Position numbers and translations under genes: made by a program. 59,606 bases of DNA, taken from the NCBI GenBank assembly GCA_041862515.1, contig JBGVTJ010000194.1, positions 1-59,606 on the forward strand, in the 5' to 3' direction. Within the stretch, counting starts at the first letter, position 1, and each line of letters opens with the position of its first letter. The DNA is from Thermodesulfobacteriota bacterium. GTDB taxonomy: Bacteria > Desulfobacterota > BSN033 > WVXP01 > G020346125. Below the pieces are notes generated by a model. It saw nothing but the letters and a program-made list of their open reading frames with translations. It searched no databases and had not been told where the DNA came from. Of this stretch, positions 20,367 through 30,801 are shown in pieces.

Positions 20367-20473
20367 CGAGGGTGAGTAGACTTCAGGATCTCCCTTCGAC
20401 CATGAGCCTTTTATTCGGATATCAGATGAAAAACATGGACCGGCGGACACAGCCGAACGGGATGGGAAAACCA
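20367..20473. repeat. R1 repeat, copy 3 (divergent, internally shortened)
   Basis: It shares the 5' end CGAGGGTGAG..TTCGACC.TGAGCC and the 3' end CAGCCGAACGG.A.GGGAAA.CC with R1. Confidence 0.65.
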
Positions 20474-20576
20474 TTTCTTCACGGACCGTTATGAGGTGAA
20501 TTTTTCACAATATTCATTATGGCAGGTTTAACCTGGATCCTGAATCATCATGAAACGGTCATTCCTTGGGAACAGG

Positions 20577-22142
20577 CTATTCCCATTCAATTGTACTGGG
20601 AGGTTTCGAACTGATATCGTAGACCACCCTGTTGATCCCCTTCACCTCATTGGTTACCCGGCTCGAAATTCTCTGGAGCACCTCATAGGGAATCCGAACC
20701 CAGTCAGCCGTCATTCCATCAGTGCTCTTGACCGCCCTGATAGCGAGGACGTTCTCATAAGTCCTCTCGTCTCCCATCACCCCCACTGTCTTTACTGGGA
20801 GCAAGACGGCAAAGGACTGCCAGATCTCTCGGTAAACTGGCGCACGGGATATCTCCTGGAGCAAAATATCATCCGCTTTCCTAATAAGGGAAAGCCTTTC
20901 CTGGGTTACTTCGCCGATAATCCGAACGGCTAACCCCGGTCCGGGAAACGGTTGGCGGCTGACGATCTTATCGGGGATACCTAACTCCTTCCCTACTAAT
21001 CTAACCTCATCCTTAAACAATTCTCGGAGGGGTTCAATCAGTTTGAGCCTCATCCTTTCCGGAAGCCCTCCCACATTATGGTGAGACTTAATCGTGGCGG
21101 AGGGTCCCTTAAAGGAAGTTGACTCTATGACATCGGGATAGAGGGTTCCTTGGGCGAGATACTTAATCTCGCCCAATTCCCGTGCCCACTGTTCGAAGAG
21201 ATAGACGAACTTATTTCCGATAACCCACCTCTTTTCCTCCGGGTCGACGACCCCCTCTAATTCTCTCAAGAAGTGCTCTTGAGCATCAACGCGGACCAAG
21301 TTGATCTTGAAATGGTCCTTGAACACCGCTTCAACCTCATCGGCTTCATCTTTCCTCAAAAGTCCATTATCGACGAAGAGGCAAATGGATCGTTCACCTA
21401 TGGCCTTATGCAAGAGGACGGCCACCACTGAAGAATCGACCCCCCCGCTCAGGGCACAGAGTACCCTCCCCCTCCGCACTTCCCTTTTAATGTCGCTAAC
21501 GGCCTCCCGAATAAAGGCTTTCATGGTCCATGAGGCCGAGCAGTAGCATATCTTATAGAGAAAATTCTTCAAAATTTCGATCCCTCTGGGAGTATGAACT
21601 ACTTCCGGGTGAAATTGAAGGCCAAAAAACGTTCCTCCTCTGCCCTTCATAGCAGCTATGGGAGAATTCTTGGAATGAGCTATTCTTTTAAATCCGTCGG
21701 GCAGGGCCTCTATCCGGTCTCCATGGCTCATCCACACGTGATGCCTTGTCCCCTTTTTCCCAAATCCCGCAAAAATGTCAGAAGGATCATCCACTACGAT
21801 CTGGGCCTTCCCAAATTCCCTTTTGGGGGCCCTGATCACCTCACCCCCCAAGAGATGGGCCATCAACTGCATTCCATAACATATTCCAAGGATTGGGATA
21901 CCCAAATCCAAGAGCTCGTGCTGAACTACAGGGGCATCATCGTCATGGACACTCGACGGACCGCCGGAGAATACGATTCCACGGGGATGGAATGCCTTTA
22001 TATCTTCCAAGGGCATATTGAAGGGGTGAATCTCACAATAGACCTGACACGTCCTGATCCGCCTTGCAATCAGCTGGGTGTACTGAGAGCCAAAGTCCAG
22101 TATGAGGATCTTCTCATGATGGATGTCCCCCATAGCGTTCAC
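20577..22142 (-). CDS. guaA: GMP synthase (glutamine-hydrolysing) GuaA
   Basis: GATase1 domain (ICYGMQ), ATP-PPase SGGVDSS motif, and a C-terminal dimerisation domain ending in PPSTIEWE. Confidence 0.98.
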   Translation of the reverse strand: MNAMGDIHHEKILILDFGSQYTQLIARRIRTCQVYCEIHPFNMPLEDIKAFHPRGIVFSGGPSSVHDDDAPVVQHELLDLGIPILGICYGMQLMAHLLGGEVIRAPKREFGKAQIVVDDPSDIFAGFGKKGTRHHVWMSHGDRIEALPDGFKRIAHSKNSPIAAMKGRGGTFFGLQFHPEVVHTPRGIEILKNFLYKICYCSASWTMKAFIREAVSDIKREVRRGRVLCALSGGVDSSVVAVLLHKAIGERSICLFVDNGLLRKDEADEVEAVFKDHFKINLVRVDAQEHFLRELEGVVDPEEKRWVIGNKFVYLFEQWARELGEIKYLAQGTLYPDVIESTSFKGPSATIKSHHNVGGLPERMRLKLIEPLRELFKDEVRLVGKELGIPDKIVSRQPFPGPGLAVRIIGEVTQERLSLIRKADDILLQEISRAPVYREIWQSFAVLLPVKTVGVMGDERTYENVLAIRAVKSTDGMTADWVRIPYEVLQRISSRVTNEVKGINRVVYDISSKPPSTIEWE

Positions 22143-22180
22143 CTTTCGGTGGGGGTAAATGATTCACTGGGGAAAGCAGT

Positions 22181-23305
22181 TCAAGGACTCAGCGATATCC
22201 GACCGTTGCCCCCCACCTTGTACAAATAGGGTCGGCCATCTTCAGAAAAGAGATCCCAATTAGCCAAGATCCCTGAAGAAACCAATTTTTGTAAGTCATC
22301 CGGATATTGTCCCTTTTCCAACCGGTAAATTTCCAGTGCCTTTAATATCTTTTTCCTCTGCGAGCTACCCGAATAGGCTCGTGGTAGATTCACCCCCGGC
22401 TTCTCTATGCGAGAGTTGATCAACACATCCTTGAGAAGGGGTTTAAAGGAGATGATCAAGACTAAGAATATTCCGAAAAGGACCCCGAAGCGCAGGAATA
22501 ATGACATATTTCTGAGGGCTTTCCCACTCACTAAATCTCTGAAGCTCGGCCTTTCCGTGCCTACCCTTCGGATGAGCCCGCCCTCCTCCAATTTTGCCAG
22601 GGTATCATGGACCTGAAATTTCCCCAAAAGGCTTCGATCTACGATCTCTTGAACGGTAAGATTCCCATCCACCAAACCTTGAACCACTTCGACTTCCGCG
22701 GACATCTTCTCCCCGTTAATCTCCCCCAACTTCCCCATACCGTATTGTTCTCCCATCTCGTCGGCGGGAACCTTTTCAAAGACAATATAGGATGAAGAGA
22801 CCTTCCTCTCGATTTCCGACCACTCGTCCAACATCCGGAGCACGTTGAGCAGAGCGTTCTCTGGACTCAAAGCCAATGGGAGCTTTCGATATTTCTCAAC
22901 GAGTCTTAGGTCAAATCGAAAATTCCCCTCTCCCCATTGGAAGAGATCATAAATGGTCTCATAGATTTGATTCTGGATAACCCTGAGAACCTCCTCCTTT
23001 TTCAGCCACTGTAAATCGATGAGGATTTCCCCCAAATACTGTAATGTCTCCTCCTGAATTTTGAGTGCCTGATCCAATTGCTGTTGGGTGATTACCTGGG
23101 CCTTAACGAGAATCTCCCCCAGGAGGTCTTTCCTGGCCCGATAGTTGGAGAAGACGTGGACGATCATCCCATCCACGAAGTAGATCTCAACCCTCTTCCT
23201 GCCATGCTGGACATTCAAAACACCGGTCTTAAACTGTTGACCGATGAGCTGAATGATCTCTGTAATGCTGAAATCCCTTAAATCACCTTGTAGGGCCATC
23301 CTCAC
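22181..23305 (-). CDS. DUF4388 domain protein with a TM segment and a GspG/pseudopilin-like C-terminal domain
   Basis: The N-terminus LQGDLRDFSITEIIQLIGQQFKTGVL is typical of DUF4388. The C-terminal ALEIYRLEKGQYPDDLQKLV resembles the globular domain of T2SS/T4P major pseudopilins. Confidence 0.7.
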   Translation of the reverse strand: MRMALQGDLRDFSITEIIQLIGQQFKTGVLNVQHGRKRVEIYFVDGMIVHVFSNYRARKDLLGEILVKAQVITQQQLDQALKIQEETLQYLGEILIDLQWLKKEEVLRVIQNQIYETIYDLFQWGEGNFRFDLRLVEKYRKLPLALSPENALLNVLRMLDEWSEIERKVSSSYIVFEKVPADEMGEQYGMGKLGEINGEKMSAEVEVVQGLVDGNLTVQEIVDRSLLGKFQVHDTLAKLEEGGLIRRVGTERPSFRDLVSGKALRNMSLFLRFGVLFGIFLVLIISFKPLLKDVLINSRIEKPGVNLPRAYSGSSQRKKILKALEIYRLEKGQYPDDLQKLVSSGILANWDLFSEDGRPYLYKVGGNGRISLSP

Positions 23306-23308
23306 TCC

Positions 23309-25252
23309 TCATAATGGGATTTTGATCTTTTCCAAGGCCTGTCTTTGTCTCTCGAAACGGGATATACTCCTGAGGGAAACGAAATAAAAGCAAGCGAAAA
23401 GGAGGATAAGAAAGGCCCAACTCGACACCGGTGAGGATGCCTGAATGATCTCAGAATTCCTGATAAACCCATGCCAGTGGACTATTCGTAGGATAAACAT
23501 GGAAAAGATAAAGAGAAGGACGACCCCCCTTATCGTGTAATTCCTCCATACGTGACCCCCTCCCAAGGAAAAAAGGGAAATGATTCTCGAGATGAACTCT
23601 TCTCTCTTCCGATATCCACTGACCTGAGCTATCTTCTTCACCTTTATCTTGGGGTTTAGGCCCTCTTTTTTCACGAAAAGACGATAGCAGCCCATACAGA
23701 TAGAATCGCCCTCCACCTTTCTTGGATAGACTCGACGGCTGGGACTGCCGCAAAGGGGACACTTTCTCATACTCCCCTTGCGTTTAGCCAGTATTGAGAA
23801 AATCACTACCATACATAAGAATAATAGAGGGGAAACGAATCTCCACCGCTCGCCCAGCGCCATTACCCATACTGAAACAAGCCTTCCGGGATCCATCCAT
23901 GTGTCCATGAGGTGATAAATGACACCCTTCCACAGGCTCAGAGCTGAGAGGGTCTCATCGATGACGAAACGATTCATATTGTCAGTTTCGATTTTCAAGT
24001 AGTATTGGATTAACTGGGGGTTCAGTTCAGTTGCCCTTTGTATGGACGGATCGGTCTTGACCAGGGTCGTGGACTTTTTCGAAATCGCCCGGTGGCGGTT
24101 AAAATAAAATGATGCCTTTCGAGGATTCAATTCGATGGCCTTGTCGTTCAACTCGATTGCTTCATCGATGTTGCCCATTGCCAGGTAAACGTTTGCCAAA
24201 TTTGTCATGGCTTCGGCAACCGAGGAATCATTGGAAATAACCCGCTTGAAATAACTTTCAGCCTTTGGATAGTTTCCCTCTCTCTTATTGATCAACCCTA
24301 ATGTGAAGAGGATCCTTGTATCCCGGGGGGTGGCCTCAAGTCGCCGGATCAAATCTTCCTTATGTCCATGGTTCCATGTTTCTTCGTTTGCCTCATAGAT
24401 GTTTAGATGGGTATTCGCCGAATGATCCAGGAAATTGGAGAAGATGCTCATCGTCCAGGGAATATAGATGAGCAGGATGAGGAAGACGCAGAGCATAATC
24501 CTTTCCCGCTTCTGCAGAGAAACCCAACAGAGAAGGGACCAATACATAAAGGCCCACGTCAGATTCAGTTGCAAGAAAAAGGGGAGGAGAATGACCGCTA
24601 TCTTTAGAACTACCAGGACAATCTGAAAAACCTGAGCTTTGAAATTCCTCGTTAAACCCTCAAGAAGGGACGGGAAGTATTTGAGGAACAAAATGAATGA
24701 AAAGAACAAGAAGGCCAAGAGAATCGACTGGCCAATGAGGAAAAAGAGATCCATAAACTTTATGAAGGTGAGCTTAAAATTCTCCATAAAGGTAAAGAAG
24801 CCTCTCAGGTATTCCACCAGAACTCGGTCTATCCGAAGTTTAGATCGACTCCAATATACCTTTGCAAGGGCAAAATACCCGTACGGTAATCCCGGAGCTA
24901 GCCTTTTCGCCGCGCTACAGAGCGCCACCGCTTCTTCGTAGCTCCCCCTATCCGAGGCCTCTAAACCTTCTCTAATCAGCAAAGTGGCGAAAATGGGCAA
25001 ATTGCGAATACCCCGATCCAATTGAACTCGATGAATCTCCTCCATTTCTTTCTTGCCGATAAGCGTCTTTCCCCTGTTGATGAGGTCTTTTCGGCGAAGC
25101 CAATATCGACGGATTTCCGGGGGACCAGCGTAGGTATTGATGGAGGTGCCCTTTTCGGACTGCCTGGAATCCCCTGATGGATAGATTTGACCACCATCCC
25201 AAAGGATGGAAAAGATTATGGAAAGAAACAGAACCTTGAATATCCACCTCAT
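23309..25252 (-). CDS. TPR-repeat multi-pass membrane protein with an internal zinc-ribbon (CPLC..CMGC)
   Basis: Signal/anchor, TPR-like segments (AMTNLANVYLAMGNIDEAIELNDKAIELNP), several TM helices, and a CxxC..CxxC motif. Confidence 0.65.
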   Translation of the reverse strand: MRWIFKVLFLSIIFSILWDGGQIYPSGDSRQSEKGTSINTYAGPPEIRRYWLRRKDLINRGKTLIGKKEMEEIHRVQLDRGIRNLPIFATLLIREGLEASDRGSYEEAVALCSAAKRLAPGLPYGYFALAKVYWSRSKLRIDRVLVEYLRGFFTFMENFKLTFIKFMDLFFLIGQSILLAFLFFSFILFLKYFPSLLEGLTRNFKAQVFQIVLVVLKIAVILLPFFLQLNLTWAFMYWSLLCWVSLQKRERIMLCVFLILLIYIPWTMSIFSNFLDHSANTHLNIYEANEETWNHGHKEDLIRRLEATPRDTRILFTLGLINKREGNYPKAESYFKRVISNDSSVAEAMTNLANVYLAMGNIDEAIELNDKAIELNPRKASFYFNRHRAISKKSTTLVKTDPSIQRATELNPQLIQYYLKIETDNMNRFVIDETLSALSLWKGVIYHLMDTWMDPGRLVSVWVMALGERWRFVSPLLFLCMVVIFSILAKRKGSMRKCPLCGSPSRRVYPRKVEGDSICMGCYRLFVKKEGLNPKIKVKKIAQVSGYRKREEFISRIISLFSLGGGHVWRNYTIRGVVLLFIFSMFILRIVHWHGFIRNSEIIQASSPVSSWAFLILLFACFYFVSLRSISRFERQRQALEKIKIPL

Positions 25253-25277
25253 CGATCAACCCACTCTTCTATCCCCT

Positions 25278-26750
<1,473 letters not shown>

Positions 26751-26893
26751 TCAATGAAATCGTATGAGATACGAAAATAAATTCCCCCCTTGGGGCCATT
26801 TCCGAGGAAACGGCTCTCTGATGACGATAGAAGATAAACGGAGACATGAGATGGAAGGATTTTGTTAGGTAATAGCAGAGCATTCTCCTTTTG

Positions 26894-28405
26894 TCAACTG
26901 GGAGTTTGAGCGCCGCCGATTTCCACCCCTCGGATTGGATTCGCATCCTTCCAGAGCATCCCCTCTATTCTTGATAAAAGCGTATCCAGATTTCTCCTCT
27001 TAAGGGCCGAAATGGAAATGGCATTGAATCGTCGGCAGGACTGGCGGATGACGCTTGAATTTACCTTATCCTCCTTATTGAAGACCAAGAGCCCGGGAAT
27101 TCTTTTCAGTTCCAGTTCACATAGGATCGTCTCAACGGCATGGATATGCTCTTCGAAGCCGGGATTACTGAGATCGGCCAGGTGTATAAGAAGATCGGAA
27201 TCTTTCAATTCATCGAGGGTGGCCCGAAAGGCCCCCATGAGATCCTTGGGCAAATCCCTTATGAATCCCACAGTATCCGAAATAATCACTTCCCGATCCC
27301 TTGGAAAACGAAGCCTCCGAGTCGCGGTGTCCAGGGTGGCAAAGAGCTTCTCCTCGACGTTTACGTGGCTTTTTGTCAGTGCATTAAAGAGGGTGGATTT
27401 CCCGGCATTTGTATAACCAACGATGGAGATGATGGGAATCCCTCGATTTATTCTCCTTTCCCTCCTCTGTTCCTTCTCCCTGCCCAAGTTTTTGAGTTCT
27501 TTCTCCAAACGGGTAATCCTATCCCTCACCCGTCTCCGGTTTATCTCGAGTTTTGTCTCTCCTGGACCACGACCCCCAATCCCCCCGGTCAAACGGGACA
27601 TGGCCGTATTTTTGGTCGTGAGCCTTGGTAATAGGTATCGCAGCTGAGCCAATTCAACCTGGACTTTCCCGTCCCGGCTATGGGCCCTTTGGGCAAATAT
27701 ATCCAAAATCAGCTGCGTCCGGTCGATCACCCTCAGCTCCGTAAAATCGCTAATAGAGGCCATCTGGGCGGGAGATAGATCCCTATCGAAGATGATGAGG
27801 TCCACTCCCAATTGCATGCATCGGACGGTGATCTGGGTAAGTTTACCCCTTCCGATAAGAAGTCTAGGATGTAATTTCTTTGGACGCTGAATTACGGAAT
27901 CCACCGTCACCCCACCGCTGGTCTTCACCAATTCCTTTAACTCCTGAATGGACTCCTCGATGTCCCCCTGATTTGAATCCGCCACGGTAACCAAAAGGGC
28001 ATTTTCCTTCCCATCTTTTAGGGCTTTAGACCGCTGAGTTCGCTCAAATTCATCTTCCAGGGATTGAATGTATTCGAGGAAATCGATATCCAACCCCCAT
28101 GGACGATGAGGCGAGAGGAGTTCCCATGTTTTCTCCGTTGTATTCTCCGGAAGCAGGTGTCCCAAGTAAATACGACCGGGTGATCCAGAACCATCAACGG
28201 ACAAAGCGCCCATCATGTCAAACCTCAAAAGGGCAAGGTCAGTTATGTCGTCTTGGGTAAGGGGTTCATCCCGTAGATGGGTATGGATGCACCTGAGTCC
28301 CCGAAGCCTCAATATCCCCCTCCTATACCTTGGCAGGGGTGGAATAACAATCCCTTGATGATCTCCTACAATGACGTATTCGATAATGCCCTTGCGGTTG
28401 ACCAA
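26894..28405 (-). CDS. hflX: GTPase HflX (coordinates from the first canonical start; the conserved N-terminus continues in frame to about 28573)
   Basis: HflX N-domain plus G-domain (GYTNAGKSTLFNAL, DTVGF, NKED). See the finding on the upstream in-frame extension. Confidence 0.93.
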   Translation of the reverse strand: MVNRKGIIEYVIVGDHQGIVIPPLPRYRRGILRLRGLRCIHTHLRDEPLTQDDITDLALLRFDMMGALSVDGSGSPGRIYLGHLLPENTTEKTWELLSPHRPWGLDIDFLEYIQSLEDEFERTQRSKALKDGKENALLVTVADSNQGDIEESIQELKELVKTSGGVTVDSVIQRPKKLHPRLLIGRGKLTQITVRCMQLGVDLIIFDRDLSPAQMASISDFTELRVIDRTQLILDIFAQRAHSRDGKVQVELAQLRYLLPRLTTKNTAMSRLTGGIGGRGPGETKLEINRRRVRDRITRLEKELKNLGREKEQRRERRINRGIPIISIVGYTNAGKSTLFNALTKSHVNVEEKLFATLDTATRRLRFPRDREVIISDTVGFIRDLPKDLMGAFRATLDELKDSDLLIHLADLSNPGFEEHIHAVETILCELELKRIPGLLVFNKEDKVNSSVIRQSCRRFNAISISALKRRNLDTLLSRIEGMLWKDANPIRGVEIGGAQTPS

Positions 28406-28707
28406 AATTCCTACTTGTCGTTTGATCTCTTGGGAAATCTCAGAGAGATACCGGGCTATTTCGGAGTTGATGACCTTTTGGGGGGGAATCCTTCTTCGAT
28501 ATATACGCTCTAATCTCTTTATCTGGCTGGACTTGAGGCCTGTTAAGTGACCGAAAACCCTTTTGATGGTAATCGCTCCCCAATTCCGTTTATGTCGATA
28601 GAATTATACCATAAAGGGAATATTAATCAAAAAAAACAATCTGGAATTTCTTGACTTTCCAGGGGACTCCCTTGTTCCTGAGCTTAATCTGCCGGAGCAA
28701 TCAATGC

Positions 28708-29810
28708 TAGGGGACGTAGTTCCGTACATTCCACTACGCAATTAGTTCTTTTACCCGCCATCCTTTTTCCCGCAATACACGCTCTCCCCTCTCCACACCT
28801 CGAAGAATGCTCTGTTTGGAGACCCCCAGTGCACGGGATACCTCGGTAAGAGACATCCCGTATTCACGAACCGCTACGTAGCTGATCAACGACCTCGCCT
28901 CAATGACTCGCCTCCAACGGCCGCCTCCAGTTACCTCAGTGCTGGATAAATGTAACCTGGATGCCAGCACTTCGATGAGAGAGTCAATCGCTCTTGAAGG
29001 CACCTTGTCCCGAAACCCTGTGCTGGCCTCTTTTGGCTTTGCCTCATCAAGAATCGATCGAACAAAATCGCCACTCCCCAAAATCCTCTCATCATATGAC
29101 CATTTCTCCCGCCCTCTCCTCAATGCTTTCACTTGCTTCCATCCACCCACGCTCCGCACCAAGCCACCTCCCACAAGGTCATCGCGTCGCCCTTGATCTA
29201 TCCCCGCTAGCACAAATTCCCAATACGCCCTGCGAGCCTGCTCCACACGCCTTGCGAACTGAGTTAGAATATATTCTGAATCCTGCCATGAATGATCCCC
29301 CTTCCCCATAAGCACCGCATGGCCACTCCACGGATAGGAATCCAACTCTTCGATCCCAGCCACCAATCCTGCCCGAAGCGGGTTAAGATGAATGTACCGG
29401 ACAAGCTCCAAAAGATACGGCTCCTCTTCCACGAGAATCGACTTGTACCGATTCTGAAACAGATGACCCAAGCGTTTGTGGCGGCTGTTAAAGGAAACGG
29501 CATAGCCTGTCAAAATCTTTCTCATTATGCTAGAAAGCCTCATACGGCCAGTTCGAACTAGCAAGTGAAAATGATTAGGCATAAGGCTCCAGGCATACAC
29601 ACGCGCCTCAGTCTCAGGAACCACTGAGGCAAACCTACCGACAAGATCCCTTCGATCCGTATTTGATGAGAAGATCTTTCGACCTTCCAGGCCACGGACC
29701 ATTATGTGGTGCAAGGCTCCTTCTGTATCCAGTCTTGGTCCACGGGGCATGTTGAAAAGAATAAACTACGTGCCCTAATCTGTCAACGGGATTTTCGGAA
29801 CTACGTCCCT
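28708..29810 (-). mobile_element. putative IS-like unit: Y1/HUH transposase-like gene bracketed by 14-bp perfect inverted repeats
   Basis: GGGACGTAGTTCCG at 28710-28723 and its exact reverse complement CGGAACTACGTCCC at 29796-29809. A degenerate extra copy AACTACGTGCCCT lies at 29764-29776. Confidence 0.55.
28734..29750 (-). CDS. IS200/RAYT-like HUH Y1 transposase domain protein with a C-terminal DnaA-C-like HTH (COG1943 type)
   Basis: HUH motif MPNHFHLLV, catalytic-Tyr region LVRYIHLNPLRAGL, and a C-terminal segment ARSLISYVAVREYGMSLTEVSRALGVS resembling Bac_DnaA_C. Confidence 0.85.
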   Translation of the reverse strand: MPRGPRLDTEGALHHIMVRGLEGRKIFSSNTDRRDLVGRFASVVPETEARVYAWSLMPNHFHLLVRTGRMRLSSIMRKILTGYAVSFNSRHKRLGHLFQNRYKSILVEEEPYLLELVRYIHLNPLRAGLVAGIEELDSYPWSGHAVLMGKGDHSWQDSEYILTQFARRVEQARRAYWEFVLAGIDQGRRDDLVGGGLVRSVGGWKQVKALRRGREKWSYDERILGSGDFVRSILDEAKPKEASTGFRDKVPSRAIDSLIEVLASRLHLSSTEVTGGGRWRRVIEARSLISYVAVREYGMSLTEVSRALGVSKQSILRGVERGERVLREKGWRVKELIA

Positions 29811-29920
29811 CTTTAGGGAATTAAGTGGCTTGAGAAAAAAGGGGACGGTTAGGAGTGAAAGAACGTAAAAGAATAAGAAGATTCTATGCCTGGCCCGCCT
29901 CGTGGGCATATCGTAGCAAA

Positions 29921-29971
29921 GAGGAACAAGGTTCACAAGAAAAAAGGGAAGGCCGTTGCTGACCCTGCCCT
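29921..29971 (-). repeat. about 50-bp repeat downstream of the lipoprotein gene (copy A); weak terminator-like hairpin plus T-run on the minus strand
   Basis: Aligns to 30450-30500 at about 44 of 48 positions. The minus strand reads GAAGG..CCTTC CCTTTTTT. Confidence 0.7.
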
Positions 29972-29993
29972 TCTCCATTTGCCCATCTAACCG

Positions 29994-30389
29994 TCAAATA
30001 TGTGTATGGATTGCCTCGAAAATTTTTTGCGTCCTGGATTTGTCACCAAACGTCCCTACCCGGACCATAATCCTGCTTGAAGATTCCGTAACCGCACGGA
30101 TACCTATGCAAACGTATTTTCCATCCGGGAATTGGGACTCGACTCTTGCTTTCAACCCTTCCTTCTTGTCCTTGTTGATGGGAAGTTCAAGGTCTTTCAG
30201 TGCCGCAAGAGTGGCTGTGTGAACTTTCGAGAGAGGGACATCGAGCCTCTCTTCCATTCTCCCTCTGGCCCACAGAGCCGCTCCCGCACCCCCGGCAGCC
30301 CCAACCCCTACTAAAACTGCTTCAGCACATCCGGAAATCTGCATTGCTAAAGCAAACAAAAGTACTGTCTGTTTCCATCTCTTAAGCAT
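29994..30389 (-). CDS. DUF3568-family lipoprotein
   Basis: Signal peptide with lipobox (ISGC), Gly/Ala-rich linker, and a VRVGTFGD motif typical of DUF3568. Confidence 0.75.
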   Translation of the reverse strand: MLKRWKQTVLLFALAMQISGCAEAVLVGVGAAGGAGAALWARGRMEERLDVPLSKVHTATLAALKDLELPINKDKKEGLKARVESQFPDGKYVCIGIRAVTESSSRIMVRVGTFGDKSRTQKIFEAIHTHI

Positions 30390-30449
30390 ATGTTACCTCC
30401 GTAAAGTAATGGAATATTTACTTCCGCCTCATGAGGTTATGGTACCAGA

Positions 30450-30500
30450 GTGGAACAAGATTCACAAGAAAAAAGGGAGGGCCATTGCTGACCCTGCCTC
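30450..30500 (-). repeat. about 50-bp repeat (copy B) downstream of the ABM-like gene
   Basis: See 29921-29971. Confidence 0.7.
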
Positions 30501-30504
30501 GTTA

Positions 30505-30801
30505 CTATGACAATTGGACACTAACCTCATATCCTTCGCGAACAGGCGATGCCGTAAAGAGGCCTTTGAACTTACCCCACTGTTCTTGGTAGTAGCCGCC
30601 TTGTTCATTGGCAATGGAATCCTCTTCACTATCCCAAAGGGCGATAGAAACGCCTTTGCCTGTTTTGCGATCGGTGAGAAGATAGATCCCACGATAGCCC
30701 TTCTGTCATCTGGCCGAAGGGACAACACTCTGCTCAAGGAGCTTTATAGTTTCATCGAGCCTCTCGGTATTTACTTGAAGTATGGTTAGACGTGCAAACA
30801 T
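30505..30801 (-). pseudogene. ABM/stress-responsive alpha-beta-barrel-like gene (98 codons) with in-frame TGA at codon 32
   Basis: GAGGGGGG SD then ATG at 30801. Translation is MFARLTILQVNTERLDETIKLLEQSVVPSAR-TGA(30708-30706)-QKGYRGIYLLTDRKTGKGVSIALWDSEEDSIANEQGGYYQEQWGKFKGLFTASPVREGYEVSVQLS. It is missed by the ORF track because both parts fall below the cutoff or lack a Met. Confidence 0.7.

Noticed and set aside
20053-20379. A 108-aa ORF (MSLRPELRPRGSS...), and likewise the 171-aa ORF at 55639..56154.
   Set aside because: Both are translations of interspersed repeats (R1/R4 and R5 respectively), with low-complexity sequence and no start signals.
1-20473. R1 copies as a possible CRISPR array.
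   Set aside because: The units are about 165 bp, are not regularly spaced, lie 20 kb apart, and have no cas genes nearby.
30664-30705. A hairpin after the ABM-gene TGA as a SECIS element.
   Set aside because: The expected residue at that position in homologs is not Cys, and comparable hairpins occur by chance (one also follows the DUF547 TGA). It is kept only as a note in the corresponding finding.
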